A stretch of 31,339 nucleotides of DNA from a virus (taxonomy: Duplodnaviria; Caudoviricetes). The position numbers were made by a program, and so were the translations under genes. Location of the stretch: the IMG/VR virus record IMGVR_UViG_3300025036_000356, positions 1 through 31,339 of that record. One strand, given 5' to 3'. Under the pieces are notes generated by a model. That model worked only from the letters and a program-made list of their open reading frames with translations. It searched no databases and was not told the origin of the DNA. Positions 1-9,100 of this stretch are shown piece by piece (the stretch's first letter is position 1; each line of letters opens with the position of its first letter).

Positions 1-2
1 AG

Positions 3-389
3 GACGGAATATGCTGCTGGTGCGGAGAGCAGATTGTGAATGAACCGCGCCGCCGCTGGTGGCACGCCCGATGCAGCAATGAATATCTGGTAATCAGTTC
101 GAATGCGTCTGCTCTTGATGCCCTGATTGAGCGAGACGGGAACAGGTGTGCCATCTGCGGAAGAAATGATTTACGGCTTGAAGTTGACCATATTGTCGCG
201 CTTCAATCGGCACCACGGGAGTTACGGTTCTGGACGCTTGCAAACCTTCAGCTTCTATGTTCCGTCTGTCATCGGCTCAAGACGACAGTCGATAACCGTG
301 AGGCGCGTCAGGCAAAGTTAGACCCGCCTAAGTTAGCGCCAGTAGATGATGCCGGCTTATATCCGCTGACTGAAAAGGACTTGGCTTGA
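3..389 (+). CDS. HNH endonuclease (5'-truncated at window edge)
   Basis: Frame is open from position 3 (DGICCWCGEQIVNEPRRRWWHARC...), so the start lies before the window. Motifs RDGNRCAICG...LEVDHIVAL...NLQLLCSVCHRLKT match a CxxC + HNH + CxxC nuclease. Confidence 0.85.
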   Translation, partial: DGICCWCGEQIVNEPRRRWWHARCSNEYLVISSNASALDALIERDGNRCAICGRNDLRLEVDHIVALQSAPRELRFWTLANLQLLCSVCHRLKTTVDNREARQAKLDPPKLAPVDDAGLYPLTEKDLA

Positions 390-393
390 GCTG

Positions 394-2460
394 ATGCCTG
401 ACGAGCAGGAGAATTGGGGTCGCGTGATACTCGGCGATTGCATTGACGCGATGCGAGAGATGCCGCCGGCATCAGTGGACGCGGTTATCACCGACCCCCC
501 GTATGGGTTAGAGTTTATGGGAAAGGAATGGGATAGGCTGAGCGGTAAAGGTAGATACCAGAAGGCGGATGTTTGGCAGGATGTCCATGGCTATTCGCCC
601 CCAAGCTATGTCGGCGGTTTCGCCGCACAGGAGTGGCATACTGGCTGGCTGTCCGAAGCGTTCCGCGTCCTCAAGCCTGGCGGCACACTGTTCGCGTTTG
701 CGGGCACTCGCACCTTCCACCGCCTAGCCTGTGCGATTGAGGACGTGGGGTTTGAGCTGAGGGATACTTTGCTATACCTTTACGGTTCAGGCTTCCCGAA
801 ATGTCAAGACCTCGGCGCGATGTATGACAAGGACGCCTGCCGCAAGGAGCTAACGGCGCAGCTTGGTAGAGCGCCCACCAGTGCAGAGTTCAAGGCGGCG
901 TGGAATATATTTAGGACGGTGGTGGGAATGGAGAAGGTTGATATCGGCATACAAGGCGGCTCAATGCACGCGGGACGGTCTAGCGAAGTGATAGAACGCC
1001 CAATCACCGCCCCGCGCACCGCCCTTGCTTGCGAATGGGATGGCTGGAAGGTGGGGGGGCTGAAACCCTCACATGAAGAAATCCTATATGCCCGCAAACC
1101 CTTGCCAATAGAGCTAGAAATGGGTATAATGGTTCGTAAGATATTATTGTATTGGAGTGAACTATGCCGGAACTCAAATGCACTAAATGTGGTAAACTCT
1201 TTACCGTCAAGCCCTCCCGCGTTAGGCAAGGCGCTCGGTATTGCAGTATCCAATGCCGAAGTGTTGATAGAGACCAGACGGGCGCTAACAACCCAATGTG
1301 GGGTAGAAAAGGCAGCGCCAATCCTGCCTGGAAAGGCGGACGCTTTAAGCGGACAGATGGCTACATTGCCGTCTGGACTGGCAACACCTATGAGCTTGAG
1401 CATCGGCTTGTTGTTAGCCGAAAGATTGGGCGGCCTCTTAGGCGCGGAGAAAACACTCACCATCTCAACGGCGACCGCGCTGATAACCGACCTGAGAATC
1501 TTGTCGTTATGGCTACGGGCGCTCATACAAGCCTGCACCATCGGGGCAAAGACCCAACCAAATGGAGGCGGGTTAAGTGCCTCACTTGCGGAAAGTATTT
1601 CCAGAAGCGCGTTGGCGAAGCTAGAGTTCATCGGTATCACTTCTGCTGCCGCGCCTGCTACATCGCCGGAGCGCATCTCACTCCTGGTAGAAGCCGGGCT
1701 GGTGTCGCCTGAAGCGGTCCCCAGCTACGAGCCAATCCTCTGGGCACGGCGTCCTTGCGAGGGCAGCGCGAGTGCCAATGTGCTCAAGTATGGCGTGGGA
1801 GCTTTCAATGCGGATGCGGGGAGGGTAGGGCTGACGGCAGAATGTAACCCTGACGCGATGCACAGCCAGCATAGCCAAGCTTCAATCAACAAAGGCGGCG
1901 CACAACCAGGGGACGAACAGCAAATGTTCAATCCCGCAGGACGATTCCCACCGAATCTACTTCTCAACGACCAAGCAGCCGCAATGCTGGACGCGCAGAG
2001 TGGAGAGAACGGTGCCTCCCGCTTCTTTCCCCGCTTTTCATACACGAGTAAGGCGATACATTGGGAACGCGAGGCGGGGCTGAAGGGTATGCCGTTGGGC
2101 GGTGCTCCAGAATCCGGTAGAAGTTCACCAGCAGCAGGGCGTAAAAGCGCACTAGGAGCGCCACGAATGAACACTAATCCTTGCGTGAAACCCATCCGCC
2201 TGATGCGTTGGCTGATTGAGCTGGTAACGCGAGAAAATGATACGGTCCTCGATCCTCTGGCAGGAAGTGGGAGCACGGGTTGCGCTGCCGTCTGGTGCGG
2301 GCGTGAGTTTATTGGAATCGAGAAAGAGGCTGAATACCATGCCATAGCTGTTGCCCGTGTGAAGTGGTGGGCGAAGCATAGGGGTAAAGAATATGACGCG
2401 ATTCAGCGCCAGTGGAACGCGGCGTCTGGCGATGCGCCATTGTTCGAGGAGATGAAATGA
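394..2460 (+). CDS. Beta-class N4-cytosine/N6-adenine DNA methyltransferase carrying a 218-codon in-frame insertion
   Basis: N-terminal GDCIDAM...VDAVITDPPYG (motif IV), FRVLKPGG, YGSGFPK; C-terminal NPCVKPIRLMRWLIELVT...VLDPLAGSGSTG (motif I)...FIGIEKE. The segment at about 1066-1719 is non-MTase sequence. Confidence 0.9.
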   Translation: MPDEQENWGRVILGDCIDAMREMPPASVDAVITDPPYGLEFMGKEWDRLSGKGRYQKADVWQDVHGYSPPSYVGGFAAQEWHTGWLSEAFRVLKPGGTLFAFAGTRTFHRLACAIEDVGFELRDTLLYLYGSGFPKCQDLGAMYDKDACRKELTAQLGRAPTSAEFKAAWNIFRTVVGMEKVDIGIQGGSMHAGRSSEVIERPITAPRTALACEWDGWKVGGLKPSHEEILYARKPLPIELEMGIMVRKILLYWSELCRNSNALNVVNSLPSSPPALGKALGIAVSNAEVLIETRRALTTQCGVEKAAPILPGKADALSGQMATLPSGLATPMSLSIGLLLAERLGGLLGAEKTLTISTATALITDLRILSLWLRALIQACTIGAKTQPNGGGLSASLAESISRSALAKLEFIGITSAAAPATSPERISLLVEAGLVSPEAVPSYEPILWARRPCEGSASANVLKYGVGAFNADAGRVGLTAECNPDAMHSQHSQASINKGGAQPGDEQQMFNPAGRFPPNLLLNDQAAAMLDAQSGENGASRFFPRFSYTSKAIHWEREAGLKGMPLGGAPESGRSSPAAGRKSALGAPRMNTNPCVKPIRLMRWLIELVTRENDTVLDPLAGSGSTGCAAVWCGREFIGIEKEAEYHAIAVARVKWWAKHRGKEYDAIQRQWNAASGDAPLFEEMK
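1102..1130 (+). promoter_or_regulatory. Sigma70-type promoter for the nested HNH gene
   Basis: TTGCCA (1102-1107), 17 bp, TATAAT (1125-1130); followed by GGAG (1154-1157) 6 nt before the ATG at 1164. Confidence 0.8.
1164..1712 (+). CDS. Nested HNH homing-type endonuclease with N- and C-terminal zinc fingers (different frame from the MTase)
   Basis: CTKC...YCSIQC zinc finger; NNPMWG/NPAWKGG NUMOD3-like motifs; EHRLV...HHLNGDRADNRPENL...H HNH core; CLTC...FCCRAC finger; own RBS and promoter. Confidence 0.9.
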   Translation: MPELKCTKCGKLFTVKPSRVRQGARYCSIQCRSVDRDQTGANNPMWGRKGSANPAWKGGRFKRTDGYIAVWTGNTYELEHRLVVSRKIGRPLRRGENTHHLNGDRADNRPENLVVMATGAHTSLHHRGKDPTKWRRVKCLTCGKYFQKRVGEARVHRYHFCCRACYIAGAHLTPGRSRAGVA

Positions 2461-2467
2461 AGCGAGC

Positions 2468-2641
2468 CTATCTTCTCGGCGGCGGCACATCATAGCCCTT
2501 AGAGCGGGCGTGCCCCATATTCAGCGCCGTCGCATACTTCCGCGCCTGGCTCGCCGCCTGGGGTCCCCTATAGCGCTTCTTGAGCACCCACTTGCCGTTC
2601 TTCTTGTGATAGACTGCGCCGCCTTTAGCACGGTAAGGCAT
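2468..2641 (-). CDS. Small basic protein (57 aa, MPYRAKGGAVYHKKNGKW...), not in the ORF track
   Basis: ATG at 2641 overlaps the upstream TGA (TGATG coupling); frame is open to TAG at 2468-2470; fills the gap up to the convergent MTase gene. Confidence 0.7.
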   Translation of the reverse strand: MPYRAKGGAVYHKKNGKWVLKKRYRGPQAASQARKYATALNMGHARSKGYDVPPPRR

Positions 2642-2931
2642 CACTCGCCTCCTTCGCGTTGCCCTTCTGTTGCCTTCTTCACCTCTCGCACCACGTCCTG
2701 CCCCGCGTAGCCGAAGCCGAAGCCCATCAGGCTATAGCTCATCGGCTCGCCGCCGCTGGACGGCACTGCGGCGATTGTCGCCCCGACACCCAGCACCCCC
2801 GTGAGCAGCGGCTCGAATAGGAACTTCAGCTTGAAGGGTTCCTTCCGCTTGTTCATTATCCAAGGATAGAGTGTGCGGGCGGCTATCCCGATGAGGAAAC
2901 CGCCTAGGAACATGCCCTTGTTGTCCAGCAT
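2641..2931 (-). CDS. Holin-like membrane protein
   Basis: 96 aa with three hydrophobic stretches (MFLGGFLIGIAA, LLTGVLGVGATIAAV, LMGFGFGYAG) and a charged C-terminus; AAGGAG RBS. Confidence 0.55.
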   Translation of the reverse strand: MLDNKGMFLGGFLIGIAARTLYPWIMNKRKEPFKLKFLFEPLLTGVLGVGATIAAVPSSGGEPMSYSLMGFGFGYAGQDVVREVKKATEGQREGGE

Positions 2932-2943
2932 CAATGTTCTCCT

Positions 2944-3177
2944 TTACTTGATGAGAGATATGATAACGCCCGTCAAGGCACTCGTAGTCGGCACCGCTAG
3001 CCCGATGAGCCAGTAGAGAACATCGACCCGCGACTCCGTTCTCCCGACCCGCTCTCCGAACTTCGACAGGCTGCTGTAAATCCCATCGAGTTTAGCTTGA
3101 ATCGCCCCGATGTCGCGCCCTAGGTCAGCCAGCTTATACTCGGTCAGTTGGTTCGCTTTGGGTGAATCATTCGTCAT
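2944..3177 (-). CDS. Coiled-coil protein with C-terminal TM helix (XhlA-like/holin-associated)
   Basis: Heptad-like LGRDIGAIQAKLDGIYSSLSKFGERVGRTE followed by hydrophobic VLYWLIGLAVPTTSALTGVIISLI; ATGA overlap with the upstream gene. Confidence 0.6.
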   Translation of the reverse strand: MTNDSPKANQLTEYKLADLGRDIGAIQAKLDGIYSSLSKFGERVGRTESRVDVLYWLIGLAVPTTSALTGVIISLIK

Positions 3178-6100
3178 GGTGCTCTTGCTCCTTTGTATTG
3201 ACGTCTGATTGTTTCGAGCTTGCGTTGCTTGAGCAGTTGCTGCTCCTCGCTGATAGCCTGGAGAATCGGGAACAGCCGATGCGTATTGCCCCGTTTCTGT
3301 TCAACTCGATACAGCTTGCGCAGCATCAGTATCTTGGTCTCAGGGTCGTTCTTAATGGTCTCGAACTGATTCAGGCTGATGATGTGCCGGTCGGACTGGA
3401 TAGCATCATAGGTCTGCTTCCAGCGTTCCCGTGCCGCCTTGTCTTGCGGGTCCAGCAACGCCTTCATCCACTGGTCTCGCACTGCCTCGCGGCTGCTCCG
3501 AACCAGGCGCTGCGGAATGTCGGTGCGCCTCGTCGCTCCCGGAAGACCGGTCCAGAAGCCTATCTGGCGATAGAGGCTGGAAAACGGAGTGGGCAGGAGC
3601 CGATTGATAGTCTGCTTGCCTATCCGTCGCGTCCATTCTTTCATCGTTCCTGCCTGCCCGTATGGCGTAGGCTCGGGCCGGTAGGCGATTCCGCCTAGCA
3701 TATTGACCAGGTCAGAACCCGTGGGTCCGAGAATCAGCGATGACATGCCGCCGGTGCCAGCCGAAACCGCCTCCTGAATATCGCCCAGAATGCCGAAAGT
3801 TCCGCCCCTTTGCACATCCTGCCACAGGCGCTTGCTCAGATTGCTCATCAAGGCTTCGTCCCACATGTATTTCAGCGCAAGTCCTTGATGAACCGACATC
3901 GCATCCAGCAGGCGGTCGATATGCGGGTCTTCATCCTCCCCCAGCGGCCAGCGGAATTGCCACTTCACGATTTTGCGGATGGGCAGAATCACTTCACCAA
4001 CTACAGCCGCTGCACCGGCAAGTTGCACAAAGCGTCCGGCAGCGGCCAGCCGGGGCAAGTAGATATTGTAATGTCCGAACAACGACAGCATGGGCACGAT
4101 GTTGTGATTGCGATAGGCTTCATCCAGCACGTTACGCTTGATGAACTTGCCAGCCATGAATGCAAACTGCTTGTATCGCATCGCCGTCTTGGCGATTGGA
4201 GTCTGCCAGAAGGGCGGAAGCTGCTCTTTGCCAATCACAAACTGCGTCTCGCGGGAATGCCACTCGAAGACGCGGTCGTAAATCGCACTTTTCACATCAT
4301 CGGTTATTGTGTTCCAGCCCCTGACCTCACGGGGCAGCATCTGCCGATGTTCCAGCTGCGACATCACCATCTTCGCCTCGGCGGTCTCCATGCCACCGGC
4401 GGCTTTCACCAAGCGGCGATAGCGACCGATGAGGCGGGTTACATTCAGCACCCCGGCTTCACCGCTCACATAGCGGGCGATAGCATCAGTCGCCTTGAAG
4501 CCGGTGACTGTCAGCACCTTGTTGTTCCAGGCGGCAGCCCAGCCCGGGTCTGCCAGATGCGCATATAGATACTCTCCCAGCACCCGCGAATACTGAGCAC
4601 GCTCGATAATGGCACGGCGGAAAGCCGGATTGGTGGCGAACTTCCCCAGGGTTTCCAGGGTATTGCGATAGCCCGAAAGCTCGCCCGAAAACAGTATCAT
4701 CTGAGAAATGTTCCAGACCTGAGCCAGATTGAGCTTGAGCGGATTCTGGATGGCGCTATCGACCTGACTGACCTTCGACATGAACGAATTATCTACCGCC
4801 GGACGCAGCACCATCCGGTCAACCATATCGAGATACCCGGATACGAACTCTGCATGTTCAGGCGACTTCGCCGCCAGGGCACTTATAGCTTTAGCGGCAG
4901 TCGTGTGCCACTTGCTGTAATGCTCACCGAAAGCCACGGTCTCGCCGATGTAACGGTATACGCTATTGAAATACGAATAGAGCGCCATCGGCACATCATC
5001 ATCGACCCAGCCCGGCAGATTGAGCACCCGGGGCAGGAAGTGGGCGCTGAAAACATCCGGTCGTGCCGCCGACCTATGGGTTACTCCCAATGCCATCCGC
5101 ATAATCCCCATCCAGCCCTCGGCCTCAAACGCGGTGCGCGCCTGCCCCATCATCGCTTGCGGGATTCCCTGTGCCCCAATGTCGGGACCCCCGATGCGGG
5201 CTACGAGCGAGCGATAGACGCCCCACTTGACCGGGTCCTGAATCGTCTTGAGAACATGCAGCATCTGCTCGGTGTAGAGCTTATCGCTGAACTTGCCGAT
5301 TGCCGCCATCAGGGCTTCCCGGTCCTGAACCAGCTGCAAATAGCCGGCCTCTCCCAGCTGTTTGCGTAAGCTCGTAGCAATGATGCTCAGATGATTCATC
5401 GTCTTCTGAATCTTATCGGCATGCTGCACATGGGGGAAGAAGTTAATGCGTGGACGCAGAACCTCCGTATGATGCACGAGTTGCCAGTAACTCTCACGCA
5501 GCGATTCCGTGAGTGCCGGGTTGTTTATCGCCTTGAAGAAAGCAGTTTGCTGAGCCTCGGGTGAAAGTTTCAAGAAGGTAGGGGCATCCATGCCGAAGAC
5601 TTCGCCGAACTTCGGGTCCCCCAGTGCCTCCGCATGAAGGAAATGCCGCACCCGCTTAACGTTAGCTGCGATTTGAGGAATGATTTCCTTGAGTTCGGCG
5701 CTTACATCACTAGCTACCCGTTTTGCCAGTGCGGTCTCGCCAGCCGTCAGTCCCTGGAGCGCTTCTTCCTTGCCGCTATCTAGAAACGCGATGACAGCTC
5801 TATGCACGTGCTTGCCAGCATGGCGTCCCTCTCCCCTGATGATTAGCTTGGCGGCATTCACATAGGCTGCTCCCGCCATCCGCCCGACAATCTTGTTTGT
5901 GAGGTCAAGCATATTGGCGAGGTCATAGAGCGGCTCGGCGGCTCTCGGTGCGATTTTGCCCAAGTCTCGGGCAAGCCCACGCAGCCCCGATTCCACACCG
6001 CTCAACCCATAAGCAACGATACGGCGCATCCAGAGGGCAGTCTTGTCGAGGCTGTTTCGGCTAAGATGTTTCAGACCCCTATCTATCTCGGCATTAAGCC

Positions 6101-9100
6101 CGGAGACAAGAGCCGAGGCTGCCTCTTTGTTCGCCTCTTCTTGCTGAAGCATCCCGCGATATTCCTCGGGGATGTTTTCAAGTGCGAGCTGACCGTCCTT
6201 ATATGCTTGTCGCAGCCCAGCGAACTCTGCCCAATTCTCATCCGACATGCCAGGCGGCGGCTCCTCAAGCACCGAGGGAGCGCCTTCCTCACGAGGCAGA
6301 CGCCATTGCTCAAAATCTTGATTCTGTTTATTCAGGATACGCTCGATAGCTACGGCTTGTATCTGTGCGTTACGGTCGGCAACCGGCGTCTCCGGGGGCG
6401 CTCCGCCTTCCGGCGGGCCAGGCTCTGGCGGGATTGCTTCTGGCGGCACTGCCTCGCCACCTGCCGCCGGCGGAGGAGGCGCTGGCGGACCCTTGCCCCC
6501 TGGTTTCGGAGGCTCTATGGGCGGTCTAGGGGCTATGGCTTCGCGGGCTGCCTGCTGCCCTGCCCGCTGCCCTGCCCACTCCATTACCGCCTCATCGAGA
6601 ATCTCGCCAGTTGGACTCACATAAGCGGTGCCATCACGGATACGGGCATAGGCTTCTTCCGCTATCTGTGCAGCCGCCTCGTCTCGCGGCAGTCCTTCAA
6701 CTACCGCATGGCGCTCAATGAGTTTGTCGAGATTGACGGTTCCGAAGGGGTCTTCAGCATACGCCTCCCGCATCAGCTTATCAATCTTGGTAGGAGGCAG
6801 CCTGCCGCCACGTCCGCGAGCCCGGGTAATCCAGGGAAAACTCTCCGTCCGCATCGGTCGCTGTTCTCGGACTAGTCCGAGCAGCTCATTGGCGTGCTCG
6901 GCGATTTTCTCCGATACCCTGCTGGCACCAGGCACCGCCGCCCAGTCTCGGGACAGATAGCCGAGCTGGAGGTCCGCCAGTTCGCCGGGGGGCATTCGGA
7001 AGTCCATCAGCGGTATATCCATGCCCTCTTTGGTCATCGCGTTCAGATAGTTCTCAAGGTTGCCCAGCTTGATAATCGAGCCTTCTTGCTCCAGCTTGCG
7101 GAACCAGCCCAGATAATCCGAGGGCTTGATACCAACAGCGAATCCAGGCTTGACCATGCCCTGGTCGAGCCAGAGCGCTTCAAGTTGCTTCCGCGTTAGC
7201 TGGAGCTGCACATTGCCATATCGCAGTGTTTTTTCGATATGAACGATTTCATTCTGGAGAGTCTTGTAGACCAACTTGGCTTCCTCGTCCCCATAGAGGT
7301 CGCGGAGCAGCCGATAACCAATGCGCGGGACATCTATGTCGGGCTTGCCCGTAAGTCCTCTGATAGCCCCACTGCGTTTCGCCAGCACTCCCACAAGGTC
7401 GATATACCCGCCATACTCGCCAGCCTGGTAAATCTCCACGATTTGCTTGAAGACCTGCTCATCGGCGGCGGCGGCGAACTTCAGCAATTCTTCGTGCCCA
7501 ATCTGCACCGCGACCTGGCGGGCATGGAAGCTGTCGGGAAGGGGCACCTTTCCGGTTTGGAGCTTCTTCAACATCCCGTTAGCCAGTGCCCAGCCCTTGA
7601 TGTTATCGAAGATTACAATCTCTTTGCCCGGAACCGAGTAGTCGATAATCTGGTATGGTCCTTCTCCTTCGAGAGGTTTGATGTCGAACCACCGAGGAAC
7701 CGAGAGCTTGCCCCATTGCTCCGGCGGCACATCCCATATGTCTTCAGCCTCCAGGATACGTGCCAGCTTGGGCATTTTACGCTTGACCGCTTCCCAGGCT
7801 GGCTTGTTACGCCGCAGCGTTTCCAGCACTGCCAGCATGTTCTGCCGGAAAGCACCCATCTCCTGCCCCTCTATAACCCTATAAACTGCCTCAAGGGGAA
7901 ACGGCGTCGTCTTGCCTTCGCCCTTCCGGGGTAGCTTCTTCCCGAGGATTTCATCCACGATGCCATAACGGCGAGCTACCGCTTCAGCGAGTGAATACCG
8001 CACCTCGTGACCAGCAACAGTAATAGTCTTCCCGGGCTTCAGTCTGCCCGCACGACTCAACATGCTGGTGAGCTTCTCGAATACACGCTTGGCGATTGGC
8101 TCATAGAGATACCGGTTCACGCCCGTCAGACCCTCGGTTATGGCGTTCGCCAACTCCTTGATAGCCGGACTCTTTGCACCTTCGGAACCGCCCACGACAC
8201 GGACAATCGTTGGAATCTGTCCTTCGTCTAGCACCTTGGCAAGCGCCTTTTCAGCGGCAGAGGCATCCAGGCCCAGATTGAGGGCAAACGGATTGCCTTC
8301 GCGGACGATGTTCATTCCTGCGAGTGCAGCCTTCCCCTCGGGCACGCTCCCATACACACGTATGAGTTCCGCATCGTCTACCATGAGATTCATCTTGCTC
8401 GGCACCAGCGCTTCAGTGAGCTGGTCGAACTTGCGGACTATGCGCCCCCACTCCTTGCGCTGCGCCGCTGAACGTCCAGCCATCCCCTTCCCTATCTGCT
8501 CCGGGCTGTATCCCAGCTTCTTCAGCACATAGGCCCGCATGTTAAGCCGTTCAGCATGCCACAGGATAGGCTCCGGGGTGATTTTCGGTAACTGAGCCTC
8601 ACGACCGCCCCGTAGCTCCGCATACAGGTCACCGGGGATGGTGTCCGCGAGTTCGCGGGCCTCCTCGGTTTGACCCTTGTCCACAAGGTCACTAACCTTC
8701 TTCACGGCGCGCTTGAGCTTCTGCTGTGTCCAATCGCCGAACACTGATGTCTCGACCTTCACCGGCTCGCCTTCCCGCGCCAGCTTATTGTTCTTGTGCA
8801 GCCAGTCGACAATCGCCGAGGCGACCTTATTTTGCATCTGGACATCAGCGGCCCGCTGGGCAATCAGCCCGCTGTGTTTCACCAGGTGCTCCAGCCTTTG
8901 TGCCAAGCGATGCCCTTCGCCTGGAAGCAGCACATTGGTTACATAGCGCATGTTGCTAGGCGTAAGCTCGCCACCAGTATGCTCGAAGATATAACCGACC
9001 ACGCCGTGGCGGCTCTGCTGCACCGATATGAGATATTTGCTCCCCTTGGGCATGACTATCTGGAGTTCTTTATGCGCCGTTGGATTGAGCGACCTCAAGC

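Larger units (their letters stand above)
1066..1755 (+). mobile_element. Inserted homing-endonuclease cassette (promoter + RBS + HNH gene) bounded by a diverged duplicated host peptide
   Basis: PSHEEILYARKP (1066-1101) and PSYEPILWARRP (1720-1755) are 654 nt apart in the same frame. Removing one copy plus the intervening DNA restores a normal-looking MTase (...LKPSxEPILxARxPxEGSASANVLKYGVGAFN...). Confidence 0.75.

Noticed and set aside
804-1676. 290-aa antisense ORF over the MTase/HNH
   Set aside because: It is codon-aligned with the HNH frame, whose avoidance of CTA/TTA codons removes antisense stops; no RBS or recognisable motifs. Treated as a shadow ORF.
1102-1719. Canonical intein in the MTase
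   Set aside because: No Cys/Ser-initiated block A at the junction, no His-Asn followed by Cys/Ser/Thr at the end, and the endonuclease is in a different frame.
1102-1719. Group I or II intron
   Set aside because: Almost all of the insert is promoter plus HNH ORF and I see no core elements. The stop-free host frame and codon bias would be unnecessary for a spliced intron. Not formally excluded without RT-PCR.
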